Part shown: piece by piece, positions 1-13,821 of the stretch
Layout: each line of letters opens with the position of its first letter
Position numbering within the stretch: the stretch's first letter is position 1
Assembly: GCF_947568905.1 (NCBI RefSeq)
Contig: NC_079165.1
Span: 89,156,001 to 89,220,000 of the forward strand
Direction of reading: 5' to 3'
DNA: 64,000 bases
DNA from: Ostrea edulis
Lineage: Eukaryota
Translations under genes and position numbers: made by a program
The notes under the pieces: model-generated
The model's database searches: none
What the model was told of the DNA's origin: nothing
What the model saw: the letters and a program-made list of their open reading frames with translations, nothing else

Positions 1-300
1 TACAGTTATAATCCCCTTGCTATTTTTTGATGTCCCCTGCTTTCAATTTCACATTAGCTTTCTTGTAGTGTAAGGTATATTTGAAGACAACTGGCTGAAA
101 CTACACAATACTCTAGCTATCTATGGCATTTCAATGGTTAACAACTTCAACGATCCATATCAAATTCTACTTACCAGTTAAAAGCAGAATTAACATTAAA
201 CATTCAGAATTCAAAATATATAATGGCTGAAAATATTTGATTCACGGTTGAAGGGTGCTAACACTCCACATCACAACAGTAGCTTTGCTAAGGTACCGAC

Positions 301-3300
301 CTTGACCTTCAGTCTTTTCCAGGTATTTCTGTAAAGCTTCCTGTCCCAGTTTTTGACCGACCTCTCTGATTTGTGTGACGACATTGTCAGCGTTGTCGTT
401 GTAGTGACGGTCGTAGGTTGTCCGCCCCTTTATATGATAAAAGCGGGAGGAGGCGGTGGGAACTGAAACACAAGATACGGGTACTTTGACACGAAGTTCT
501 GACATAAAACTATGTACGAGTAGATCCTCAACACGATCACGATAATTATCACGTGTACAATCACAGAAAAAGTGTACAACGGTGGGTTGCAATCTCCCTT
601 TGATTGAACTTGGTTATTTTAACAAAAAATGGTAATTAATTTTGCCATTTTTAGGTCTTCAATCCCCTTTTTGAAGCGGGAAATGTAAAAACTTGGGTCG
701 CAACTCGTCTTTGAAAATTTGCTAGATTCGTTTAGGTAAGAGTTAAGCTATGTAGAATGTATATTACACTAATTTGATTTAATTTAAACAGTATGCATTT
801 TGATAAATCATGACATGATAGGTCAGCAGGCACTACCAATTTAAGTCCTCTCCGTAGAAGGTACAAGGTCATACAATCATTAGAATATATACATACACAA
901 AGGATATAATAATTTGAAGATTGCAATAATGTAGGTAATCTATGTGATGGCAGCTTATAATTAATTCACAAATGTATTATATTAATTGTGTGAAATTATT
1001 AAATAGTTTACACTGTGGTGTGCAATTGGCAATCATTATAGGTATTTATAAATACTATAAACAGAAAAAAAGAAACATCAAAATAAAAGAAAACGGATAT
1101 TGGTTCTATGATAATAAAATGAAATTGGTTGGATTTTGAATGCTGAAGTTGACCTACTTGTGCCGGTGGCAGCCACCGGTTTCTTCCTGTTGCTCCCGTA
1201 TCTGTTGATGGGAACTTGGAGTTCCTCCTGGGGGTTGGGTTTCTGGTAGGAGTACCGGGTCACACTATCCAAGGTGTACGGCACGTTAGCTTTCCAGTCA
1301 GGGGGCAGGGTGTAAGCACTTTTTACCTGAAAGCCTTTGCGAAAGAGAAACGAAGTAGAATGAAAGATAACTCTCAGAAAGAAACAGTTTAGTTTTCAAT
1401 AATTGAATTATTTCCCTTTATTTGATAAAACCTTGTACGTTGAGTTTTTACAGGATATTTTTATAGTGATTCGCGAGGGGAAAATAAAAGTAAATGCAAA
1501 AGTTTCCAATCGATGAAAAATAAAACACTTTATTTTTCGTAAGTCCATAATTGTATCCAAGAAATTTTGTCATCCAGAATTGTACCCAAAATTTATGATG
1601 TACATGTAGATCTATGTTCTTTATTTAGAATAGTTGTTAGTTGAGGGCAATGTTTTATAGTCAGCAGAAAGAAAATAAAACGACGACAAGTTACTTTCAT
1701 TTTTGTTTGTAAGTGAGTAAGTAATTTTGGAACTATTTACAATAAACAAGTAACATGAGCTAGAAAGCTCTGACTGTCTAATTATTGTTTTAACAAGAAG
1801 TTTGGGTAAGCTCTCTCATACCCCCTCCAATTAGCCACCATATATATATATCTAATAAAAATAAACTACTTATATTGATATTTAAATAGTTTATTCTAAT
1901 TTTCTAGTAAAATCAAGCATGACAGGCAGCAATAGCCTCGTGTATATGCAATAAAATGTTACTTTTTACATAAAATGTTCTGCATGTGAGTAATTTGCAT
2001 CTTAAGTTTGATCGAGAGGAGAAACATTTTTTGCACCCAATGTGTTTTACTTATGGAACGTACTGTGTATATAAACTTTATCAGAGGTTTTAGGGGAAAG
2101 TGGGATAAAAAGAATTACTGTATTCATTGATACATACGGTAACCTATCATTGTCAAATGTATTTCATTGATTTAGAATATTTATAAGCATTCTGGCCTGG
2201 AGACCCTATAACCGGAAATAGACTTTCAGTGAAACCTATATTTGGTATCTAGTATATTTGAACTTGATCAGTCACACATTCATGATTTAGTGACATTTTG
2301 AATCAAGATTGAAATACGGACTTGTTGTGAACTTTAAATACATATTATGAATTCCATTGAACTAAACTTGGACTGAAGTCTCTTCTCAATTTCTGGCCAC
2401 AGATCCATAGTATGATAGTTAATCAGTACATTAGGTATAGTATGATTGTTAATCAGTACATTAGGTATTTAGTAGTAGACTAAGATGATTTACCTTGTGG
2501 TATTCCTAAGTAGTCATTCTGGTACGTGGACTGACACAGACGTTTGTGGACCTGTCCAATCATATCGTCCGTTAGCTGCTCGGACCACGGACTGGGGTCC
2601 TGTTCCGCTTTCGCCTTGGACGGAAATTTCCAGACTAGAAAAGACTGTAAGGAAAATTCATAGCTTTCTTAAGACAGTCTTATCTCTGGGGATTACAGGT
2701 AATGCAATACATTAAAATTCACATCTGTAAAACTATTTTACTATGGAAAGTTGCACGGTACAGAAAAATCAATTTGTTTGAGATATTTAAATTTATTAGT
2801 GTCCTTCATTTTACAATGCGGAGGTCCAGAATTCAGATTTAATCTTCTTAAACATACATCTTTTTAATTATTGTTCAATGCTTTTAAATATATCTGTTGA
2901 TAGAAAGTTTAGGATATAGGTAAATGATTTACACGCAGACATGAGGGTTTCTCAGGTGATTTAACATTACATTAGTATTTTTACTACACATTTCTCCAAT
3001 GTTTTTACATCAATGCAAAGGACAAAGTGATATTGAAATAAAGAATTTAGTACAAGAAACAAATTCTTGATCAATCAAGGACCCCGGAAAACATTTTGGC
3101 ATACAAAAGCATATTTTTAAACAACCATTCAAAATATTAAATATGAAATTGTCATAATCATTGATTTATACACCCAGTAAAAGTACAACTTTTAAAAAAA
3201 TATCATCAACATTCATGCATAGTAAAAAATAGTCCGGTTCTCTTCTAAAGTTATTATTGAATGTATACATATGTAACATGTAGGTTCTTAATTTGTTGAC

Positions 3301-4943
3301 TTTCTTCATGACATATAAAATGAATTGAATTGAAATTGAACACATGGTGTTTTTTTTGTTTTTGTTTTTTGTTTTTTGTTTTTTTATAGAGTAAGGACTT
3401 AATTTTCATAAGTCAATTATTTAGAGATGCATAGCACTGAATTGAATATATATATAAATAATTTCTTCATATTATTAAAATGACAAATCGTTGACTTTGA
3501 CTTCACGGACACTTAAATTACAGTAACTAGGCCTACATTTTAAAAAATGAATAGGGGGGATGTGGTGGTGGAGGGGTATCCTACACCAATCGTGTGAGCT
3601 CAAATGAAAAATAATGTCACAATATTTGCATTTTTTCTCGAATATTTTCAGCCTCGCTCCTCTGCCTTTGTGAACTTCTCCTACAGCTAACACGATTTTA
3701 TAGAATAAGGCTTATGAAATTGTAATTTAGTGAACTAGGCCTTTTATACCATTGACGTTCAATAAAGATTATAGATTACCTGTACAGGTAACGTTATTTA
3801 AACTACCTACACACCTATATGTTCACATTTAAAAGATCANNNNNNNNNNNNNNNNNNNNNNNNNNNNNNNNNNNNNNNNNNNNNNNNNNNNNNNNNNNNN
3901 NNNNNNNNNNNNNNNNNNNNNNNNNNNNNNNNNNNNNNNNNNNNNNNNNNNNNNNNNNNNNNNNNNNNNNNNNNNNNNATTATTGATCGTGTACATAAAA
4001 TTCTTAAAATGTATTTTTAATTTTTAAAAGCAGTACACCTTATATGGCATAATGGTATACGACGAGACAGGGCGTTAAAAATTAAATTGTATTTGTTTTG
4101 TACAATTATTTATTCATGCATCACAATAGTGGACACATGCCACACTCTTGGATTCCATGTATTAAGAAAATATAAGACATGTGTGGGTTCTCTAGTACCT
4201 GGTCTGAACAAAATAATGTAAATGTAAAATGGATTCCAGCCGTTGTAAAACAAATGTTACCAGACAAATTTATTCAAACATGGTTCAGTGATATAAGCGA
4301 CTCATCAAAAAGCCAGATATACAGAATATTAACGACCAACTTTAGTTATGAAAATTATATCAACATATTGCCACACAAACTTAGAAAGATTTTTCTGAAA
4401 TTCCGAACATGAAATTATCTATCATCTCTCGGTGGAAACTGGGAGATGGTGCAATATCCCTCTCAATGAAAGAATTTGTAAAGTATGTAACTGACATGCT
4501 GCTGATGAATTTCATTTTATTCTTGAATGTCAAGAACTAACGAATTTAAGAAAGAAATATTCAAATGTTAGATACTGTACACTGTACATCACCAAATGTC
4601 ATCAGTGTTGCGAACTCGTCGACTACATTTACTAACTTTACAACATTAAACAATCTATTTAAGTTTATTCTAAAAATATGAGATAGTCGGATAGTCTGTC
4701 CTCCATGTCTCTTTCCATTATAACATACTTTGTATATATTGTATATTTAAGTCTACAGAGCATCTCTTATATAACCTCTGACAAGTGTATAGTTGTAATG
4801 ATAATATAAATATGCATGCTCCTCGCGTACCATTATATGCTTTGAGTGAATAAACTGAAGTTGAACTTGAAAAAACCACACAATATCAATATTGAAATAG
4901 ATGTGTGCAATCATCGCATCAATTTTTATTGCCTTGACATTAA

Positions 4944-4985
<42 letters not shown>

Positions 4986-5327
4986 ATATATATATATCTT
5001 ACTTCTAATGGGTGTGGTTTGTTACTCCGAGACCCCGAGGCTGTTCCACTCCTGATGGGAGTGGCAGGTCTGTTGGGCTTTTCATGAAACTCCTCAGTGT
5101 AGTGTGTGTCACCAATGGGGCCTTCGAGGGGGTGTGAGGCTGTAAACCCTTGCGAACTCTGCGGCCTGTCATGGTAAAAATGCATCTCATGAATATCTAT
5201 CACGACATTTACTACCCAATATCCTAACACAAGTTATCATTTACCACTTTGTCTATCTAAAAATAATCAAATGAATAAAAATAAAATAATACCCCCTAAA
5301 AAACACAATCACCCCCCCCCCCCCCCA

Positions 5328-5365
<38 letters not shown>

Positions 5366-8300
5366 AACATTTTCGCGTTTTGTATGTACATGCACTATGA
5401 TTAGATATGGGTACGGTACCATATTTACATAATAAAATACATGGAGAAGTTTCCGTAATAAGGGAAATCAACCGGCGTAACCTGATAATATCCATGATCA
5501 GGGCCTAAATAGTGACAGATTGTTTATTTCAACACACTCTGAATAAACACACCCAATTCTTGGTTTGGTATACAGTACGGAATCATTTTCCACTTTCTAA
5601 AGCTTGGTTTAGCAATTTGCTCAACGACTAAAAATAGGTCCCTCCTACTTACTTATCTTCCTGCCTACCTTCCCTACCTACCTACAAATCATCCTACCTT
5701 TCTATTAATCTACATACCCGCCTCTAATCTTACCTATTATCTTACCTATCTATACTTATGTAAAAATGATGGGTCACGAAGAAGAGACGAACTGTACTTT
5801 GATTTTAACCAAAATACAAAAACAAAACTACACCCGCACCGCAAGTCATTAAATTAATTGGATTTTTTTTTATATCAGCGAGTGGAAAGTCTTCCTGTAT
5901 TGCGTTTCTTTTCAAAATTAGATTTCAGACAATATGTAATGAATAAGGTTGATGACCGGTTGAAGTACGGAAGTGGGTTTACCATCCCTTCATAGGACGG
6001 TTACCGTACAGGTTAGGAGGTTAGGGTGAGTATTTTCGTCACTTATACATGACAGCTACAGTTTTGGGGTGGGGTAGACATTCAGTCAATTCACAGGATA
6101 TTGCCATGTTGCAAAGACAACGACATCGTGGTGTTGCTTTTAAAAAGTCATTCCTCTAACTTTTTTTTTTTATTTATTTCTTACAAAATGAAAGTGTTCA
6201 CGAACTTTTATACACAATTTTCTTTGTATTTAGCTGTTTCTTAATCAAAGGGACTGACTAATAATTTTTCGCCATATTTTGTTTTTCATTTTTAATTATC
6301 GAAATCTACTGTCTAATGTATTTGAAAGGGCTCACAAAAACATTATGCTTATACATCATCACAGAAGCTCAATTTAGAGAGTTTATTATTTGTTTTGTAA
6401 ACAAAGACTGCAGTATGTTATTGTTTACGAGGTTTTCAAAAGAAATGAATATCGATCCAAGTTTATTATATCACATTTCAAGCATTCTTTAGGGAAAATG
6501 TGTCGTAACTGTACAAAATTAAGATGCTTTAAATGACAAAATTAACATCTCACAGGTTGTTTGTAAATATAAAAAGACTCGAGTCTTTCTTTACATAATA
6601 CAGAGTTAAGACTAAAATATTGCTCTTATCCTTGCATTCAGAAGGTCAAAGTTTTGGCTGTCAACATTAAATGGGTTATATTTTTTATATTAAACATAAA
6701 AAAATGAAAAATATTTTGTTCAAAAAACGTGAACCAGTCCCTTTAAAGCATGGTTGCGGACGTATATTTACAGTAAAAACTGAGTCTCAATATGAAGAAT
6801 GATGTCCCAGAAAAAAAAAAGAAAATCCCCCCCCCCCCCAAAAAAAACCTCAAAAATAACTAATCCGCGGAACAAGTTGTAAAAACACGGAACGATGCGG
6901 TTTAAAAATCGTCAACAGAATAAGGCAAGGCAATTAATACTAGAGGGAAAAACATGCGACATCCCTCATAGAAAACAGTTCTAATATCGGAATGAAAACA
7001 GAACACCTGAGAAAAAGTGCCAGAAATAAAGGTGAATATATATTTATGAGATAAGGGAAACGCGGAATGAAATAGTTAAATATATATTCATGAGATAAGG
7101 AATACGTAGAATTGAATATAAGTAAAAACATGTTTATATTTATGAGATAAGGAAAATACGGAATGAAATAAAAATAAATATATGAGATAAGGAAAAACGC
7201 GTAATGAAATAAAGGTGAATATATTCATGAGATAAAAAAATCACAGAATGAAATAAAAGTAAATATATATTTATGAGATAAGAAAAACACGGAATGATAT
7301 AAAGGTTAATATATATTCATGAGATAAGAAAAACATGAAATTGAATGAAAGTGAATACATAATTATGAGATAATAACAAGAGGCCCACAGGCCTTATCGG
7401 TCACCTGAGTACTAGTGAAAAGGTATCGCTACTCCCAAGGGCTATGAAATCTAGAAAAAAAAATCCCTGTTCTGAATATCTGAGCTAAATTCTAATGTTC
7501 AGCATAAAACAAGATATGTTCTTAAAACTTCAATGCCCTCAAAAGTGCATACACTGATGAAAGGCTTTACATAATATAATAGGTGTAGTACATCAAAAGA
7601 TATGACTAATTTGGACCAATCCTAAAGTCAAAACCCTGGGTTGTGAAATTCATCATTTTTTGTACATCCTTTTCTGCTATTCCTAAGTATGCATTTAGAT
7701 TTTATACAGTATCAGCAAACTTACACATAAATACTATATACAAAGTTTGACCCCACTCTGCGGTCAGAACCACTAATCTGGGGATCATCAAATACAATTT
7801 TGGTAAAGGACTACCTGCTCTTTCTAAATATCCATTTGGTTTCAATTTAGTATCAATAGCACTAAAGAAGATGTTATTTAGGTGTGTTACACATAGACAC
7901 TATATAGTAAGTTTGGCCCCGCCCTGGGGTCAAAACCCTTACCCCTGGGGTCATGAAATTTACAATTTTGGTAGAGGTCTTCCTCCTCTACATCACTATG
8001 TTTTTACATGTTTCTTAAACATGTGCAGTTCTAGAAAAGAAGATTGTTTAGAAACTGTCAATTCTGGGCAGTTTTTACCCAGCCCATAAGGCCCCAGGGG
8101 TGCAGGAATCTTGAAATTTACAATTTATGTTCCCCTTGTTCCAAAGATGCTTCATACCAAATGGAATGATAGTTATCAAGAAGAAGTTAAATGTACCAAG
8201 TTTGGGCCCGCCCGTTTTTTAAAGATAAATATATACACTGTAAATGTATATTCATAGGGGGGGGGGGGGGGTTAGTTACTTAACTTTGTAATATGTGTGT

Positions 8301-10384
8301 GGGCCTTACGATACCAGTGTTGAACAATAACGGTATATATATTTAGGTCTATTGATAATTCTTTTTCTTTATGTTTTATAACCATGGTGTGCATCTATTA
8401 CAAAAACAAATAAATTAGAATACATGAGTGCTTCCTGCTTAATTTGAGGTGACTCAACAATTAATATGCCCAAAATATTTTTCGGATGAAAGATATATCA
8501 ATATTGAAATGATGGATGAACTAATGAATAGAACTGAAAAATTAAAATTCATCGAACATAAATAAAAATACATGTATAATAATAAAATTATGCGACAATA
8601 AAATTAAACAAAAAATCCCGCCGAACAGATCTACGGATGATACATAACTATACAAAGGTACGGAATCCGGAACACATTAAAACCTGATGTTGACAAGCCT
8701 TGAACACATACTGAGACCATTTATCTAATGTTGGTTTTAATGAGCCGTCTTTCTTTCTTGAACACTGATGTCTTGAAAACGATACAAAACAGCCTTTCTA
8801 CGTAATTAGGCACAAAACCAGCAGCAACAACAACAAAACCTTATATAAGTTATCATTATTCTGGAATCGTCACTTTACTAGTTGTTCCACCTCATTCGAT
8901 ATCATATAGGAATTTTACAGGAACTATGTTATGATTTATTAATGAAGATTAACATTAGATCTAACTACTGCCTTACTAGATTTGTTTTAGGAATCTAATT
9001 TGAATCGTCTACTATCATATCTTTACCCCCCCCCCCCACCCCCCAAAGAAGTTGCAACATACCTGTGGGCTGTTGTTTCCTTGGGTTCCTTCACGGGATA
9101 GTCCCTGGAATACGTAGTCTGGTAGGGATTCATCGTATAATAGCTTTCTTTCCTACCTGTAAAGATAGACTAGCATTATTGTGACGTCATAGAAGGACCG
9201 TTGCAATTGTGATGTCACGATATTGGATTGTTACGTCACAGTAATTAAAAAAAAAAAAGAATATTGACATAAAGTAGTTCGTGGATATTGGGGTTGTATA
9301 GCAAATAAAGGACCAATTAATCATAGGGAACAAAATGAAGGAGAAAACGGTTGACGGGCAAAGAATATTCGGATTAACATTCAACAAGGTCTTATAAGCA
9401 AGCTGAACATGTTTCTAAAGGCAAACGGGTTACAAAATAAAAACCACGCGTATTAGAGCAGTTCGTTTGTATGTACACAAGAACACAATAGAAATTTTCT
9501 TATCAATGTGGTTACGTTGAAGATAAAAAAGGGCTCTTATAGAAAACTTTCTAGATCCTTTATCGTGTGCATGTATTCGAATAAACCGAGCTATTTATTC
9601 TACTGATGTCAAGCCATCAAATTGCCATTTTTCAAATCATTTTTCTCTGCCTTCCTACACACTAACAACCTATGCACCGCACCCCAAGCACCGTTATTAA
9701 TCGGACATTTGTTAACACATGCCACAGTAATATATAAATTAGTAATACATGTATAGTCATATTAGATAGTCTGACTTTGCTTCCATGCAATCAGTACACA
9801 CTGAGTCATCAGAAAGCTATCTCGGCAACAGTTATATACATATACATACTGATTGGGCAATAAAACCGTTACCTTCGTTTTCGATTTCATCATCTGAGTC
9901 TGAAACAAAGGCCAATTACATTAATGAAGAAAAGATCGATGACTGGTTTTGACCTAGAGTGATTTCGGTATTGATAATTGGTAACCTGCTTTTGAGAGTT
10001 GGGACCCTCTATAAGTGCAGTGTGGTAGCTTACCGTACGCCGGGAGGGCGGTGGCTGGTCGCAGGGATGGGGGAGCGGAGGATGGGCCTAGTTGTAATGA
10101 CGCCAACAGTTCTAAAGCTTTGGCTCGGTCAGCCTCCGAATCAGTCTTGTCATAGAACGCCTGGAGATCTCTTTGCAACCCTGGGACAACAAGTTCGTCC
10201 CCAACCTATTGAATACAAATTAAAAACGTTCATTCTTCGCTATACGCCATGTAACCCGCGACAGGGTGGAGTAGTTAGGGGGTGGGGGTCAGGGCGGACT
10301 TACCCGTGTGTCTGTGTTAACATACTCCACTCGGGGTGCAGGGATTGAATCCACTGGTTTTCGATAGTATGCCAGAGTCGCCAT
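301..10384 (-). CDS. TEX26: Testis-expressed protein 26-like, multi-exon; 3' end not resolved
   Basis: GT-AG exons with consistent phases: 10304-10384 (ATG), 10034-10205, 9063-9156, 5003-5165, 2494-2644, 1158-1334, 301-462. Peptides STYQNDYLGIPQG, LDSVTRYSYQKP...YGSNRKKPVAATG and GRTTYDRHY resemble the recalled human TEX26 (DTEFRRNYQIP...YGCYSSLPVASQG...QTTYQSDY). Confidence 0.8.
3840..3978. other. Assembly gap (N run)
   Basis: Run of n characters. Confidence 0.99.
4100..4871 (+). mobile_element. 5'-truncated, decayed LINE 3' end
   Basis: Broken frames give ...LKFRT*...VETGRWCNIPLNERICKVCN*HAADEFHFILEC, the same C-terminal motif as the LINE at 38.6-41.9 kb; followed by AATAAA and a TGAAG/TTGAAC-type tail. 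Confidence 0.75.
4945..4997. repeat. (TA)n microsatellite just downstream of a TEX26 donor
   Basis: Direct reading. Confidence 0.9.
5641..5757. repeat. Degenerate (CCTA)n simple repeat
   Basis: Repeated cctac/cctat motifs. Confidence 0.6.
6245..6752. mobile_element. Short-TIR non-autonomous element (AAAGGGACTG...CAGTCCCTTT)
   Basis: Inverted termini; TTAA at the right end. Confidence 0.45.
7020..7375. repeat. Minisatellite, about 8 copies of a 40-52 bp unit with ATGAGATAAG core
   Basis: Core at about 7046, 7090, 7142, 7182, 7227, 7273, 7319 and 7365. Confidence 0.85.
7376..8205. mobile_element. Bivalve HINE-like (Helentron-associated) interspersed repeat
   Basis: AACAAGAGGCCCAC...GGTCACCTGAG terminus; internal segments shared with the copy at 46.9-47.4 kb. 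Confidence 0.6.
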
Positions 10385-11414
10385 TTTCACATTGTAAACG
10401 AGAATTGTACAACTGAACCATATGATTTGCTGTCGTTAAAGCCCCGAGTCTCGTTGTCAAGCAAGTCGATTTAAACATAACAGTGCCGCATGTCTCAATG
10501 AACAAACCCCCACTAGTATTGCCTGATTTCCTGACTATGCATTATATATGCCGTAGAACATGCCTTATAAGCGTCTATTTAAATTTCATTTTTCAAAGAG
10601 CAGAAATTAAATGTGTTTGTTTATCAAATACAGGACGGGTAATTCAGTGGAAGAAAGCTAGTTATTGACGTATTTGGGAAAAGAAATTAAAGGAACACGT
10701 ATTTAAAGTTTGATCTAGTTCCGTCCATTGATCGAAGTCTCGATGTAAATCTACTTAGGACTCATGTGCATTGGATTGTAAGACGACCAACACTGTCATC
10801 TCAAATTCAAACAATTCTAGATCAAAACAAATAGAGAGGAAAAAAAAAGATCAATCAGTCTGCTGAAATATCAAATTTATGACTGCACTTATACACGTAA
10901 CCAGATAGAGCAAACAATCGCGATGTTTCACGCAAGTTTCCCCCACGACTGATAAAATTGCTTATGTTTATTATATTTCAAGTACATTTTTTTTCCTTCA
11001 CAATCATAGAATAGAGAAATTGCTGTGCAACCGTTCTCCTCGTCCCAGTAATTTGAATGTTTCTTAGGGGAAAAAAACCCATTGGGATTTATCCGAAACC
11101 CACTAAAACTGGTCTATATTACAATTTTGTAAGTTTTCTTACTCTCAATAATTACAACGAAAGAAAAATCCCCCAAATTAAGATTTTATTCAAGACTATA
11201 ATCATATACATGTATAAGAATGTTGAGTTCACGCCCACCCAAGGTCTTGCCAAAGTACATGTGTCCTCAAAAAACGTACAAACCGAAAAATTCGCGCACA
11301 TTTCATAGCGTCTATTACATATACAATGTAAAACATAAAACAAAACAAAAAATCCAAAATCAAAGCAAAACATTTCTGGTAAGATTATAAGTAAAACTGC
11401 GACACAGTACTCAC

Positions 11415-11492
11415 CGTTACAAAGCGCGGCTCCAAGTGAGATGGTTGTGAAGGTAACGACGCGCCATTATTTATTAATTCGTTTCTAAGCAT
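11415..11492 (-). CDS. Candidate alternative first coding exon of TEX26-like (MLRNELINNGASLPSQPSHLEPRFVT)
   Basis: ATG at 11492, 26 open codons, ends at a consensus GTGAGT donor in phase 0, the phase required by the exon at 10034-10205. Confidence 0.45.
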
Positions 11493-11896
11493 TCATCGTT
11501 AATAAGATATGAAAGTAATCAATTACGATCGAAAACACTGGTCACGCAAGACTGCAAGACGGTTTGTACTCCGGAAATATCACAGCACCTGACTACAGCA
11601 ATGATTCTGTGTGGGTGATGAGGAGCCTGAATTATTTAAAAAGGTGATAAGGTTTTGTATACGTTTATGATATACAAGTATTTCATTTTACGAGAGAAAT
11701 TGGTAATTTAAGGTAATTAATTTTACCTGTAACATAGAGTAGAAGTTATAAACGCGAGGGTGAGGAAAGTCATTAAAAAGTATCAGTGGATTTCATGGAA
11801 TTAAGGATAACACGCCGTCACGAATTTTTCAAGCGGAAGTGGACCATATATATATACAAAAGTAAAGTCGAAAATATATTAATCTTGTCCTTCTAA

Positions 11897-13040
11897 GGTA
11901 GCTCCATCCTCGTGTGACTTATCAAAATTAATGGTTGAAAGTGGAAAAACTGTATTAATTCCCACTTAATATTGTTTAATTTAAATTATCAATAACCAAA
12001 GAAACTGTTTATTCAATGGCTCATTAAAAACCTCTTATGAAGTATGATTTAACCATCGAAAAAGTGATACAAGCTCTCAATTAATTGAGATGATTTTTTG
12101 TGATTTTCCCTGGAATGATAAAAATGGTGTTTTGTTGGCAAATAAGAGATTCTTGAGTCCAAAATTCGCTGTGATTTGGTGCATGATATGAATATCTAAT
12201 AATACATGCCTAAAAGATTCAGATATAAACGCTCTAACTTTTTAGAAAAAAATATTTAAGAAAATTGAAAACGTCATGTTAATATTTTTTTTTAATTTAC
12301 GGATAAAATCTTCAAAAACTAAGTCAGTTAGAAAGAGATATATCGAAGAGATATATTATAAAAAGAAATTTAAACGAAATGACAAAATTTCAGATATATT
12401 TATAATCATTATATTCAAACAAGAGAAAAAAGTACCGATCCCGATCAAAATTGGATACAAATTACTAAAAATAATCATATTGTTGAGAATTGTATGCACT
12501 GAACATTAAGAAATTAGTTTCCTTTATAAATTCGTTTAATTTGTGAACCATTTTACATCAAGGGAATGTAGTTTTCTGATTACAATGTTCTCTATGACTT
12601 TCCGATAGGGCTTGGTTCAAATTTGAGAAATCGTAATATTTCTGAATTTTGACCATTTCATTTTAAATTTCTTTTAAAAATATATTTTCCTGATATATCT
12701 TTTTTCTAATTGACATGTTTTTTGGGGGAAGATTTTTCCGTAGATTTAAAAATTATTAGCAAATAACGTTTTAAATTTTCACAAATATTTTTTATTTAAA
12801 AAATCAGAACGTCTATCCGAGTCGTTTAGGCATGTTTTCTTAGATATTCCTATTATGCATCAAATCATTGTAAAATTTTTTACTCTAGAGTATCTTATTT
12901 GCAAACAAAGTACCTTTATTATCACAAAAACATCATATAAAATACTTGAGAGCTCGTATCACTCTTTCGATGGTGAAATCATACTTCATCAGAGGTGTTT
13001 TAACGAGCCATTAAATAAAAATTTAGTGTAATGCACTACC
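11897..13040. mobile_element. Foldback element, GGTAG...CTACC ends flanked by (C/T)TAA (Kolobok-like)
   Basis: About 150 bp subterminal inverted repeats (about 12008-12165 versus 12870-13020); related fragment at about 44870-45030. Confidence 0.6.
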
Positions 13041-13109
13041 TTAAAAGTTTTCATCTATCGTGTTAGCTCAGTGGTTAAGGCAAACGTTTCTCAATAATGT
13101 ATATGTATG

Positions 13110-13305
13110 AAAGGCGAAGATAACGAACAGTGATCATTCTCATAACTCCTATAAGCAATGCAAAATAGAGAGTTAGTCAAGCACGAACCCCTGGACATAC
13201 CAGAGGTGGGATCAGGTGCCTAGGAGGAGTAACCATCCCCTATCGATCGGTCACATCCGCCGTGAACCCTATATCTCGATGGGTAAACGGAGTAATCCGT
13301 AGTCA
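13110..13305 (-). mobile_element. 3' remnant of an abundant retroelement (Penelope-like, from recollection)
   Basis: Inverted homolog at 28090-28322 within this window. Confidence 0.5.
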
Positions 13306-13365
13306 GAAGTGTATATAATTTCTCATGACATTGGCATTTTATTTTGTTCCTGGCTATATACACTG

Positions 13366-13367
<2 letters not shown>

Positions 13368-13432
<65 letters not shown>
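13368..13432. repeat. (AG)n microsatellite
   Basis: Direct reading. Confidence 0.95.
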
Positions 13433-13435
<3 letters not shown>

Positions 13436-13768
13436 ATGTATAGTGGGGACAATTTTTAACCATTTGACAAAAGTTGTGAGGACAGAAAGTACATTATGAG
13501 GACAAAATCACGTCCCCATAAACATGATCCACAACATGTGAAAAATGTAGGTACAAAATATTAGATTAATGAGGACAAGTGGTGTGAAGACATGTTCCAA
13601 TATTCTCTCTCAAAACCCTTTTTTCACAATTCGAAAGAGTATTAGATAAACTTTTATAGGTGTCCCTATAGCTATACATAACAGCACATTTTTGCCTTTA
13701 CAATAACATATCCGTGTATTCTCTTCTAGACATTATGAGGACGTCCTCACTAAACAGGTTTCATCAGT

Positions 13769-13770
<2 letters not shown>

Positions 13771-13815
<45 letters not shown>
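13771..13815. repeat. (AG)n microsatellite
   Basis: Direct reading. Confidence 0.95.

Positions 13816-13821
<6 letters not shown>

Noticed and set aside
1-300. Terminal TEX26 exon candidates, or read-through to the stop at 242
   Set aside because: No candidate could be supported over the others; left unresolved.
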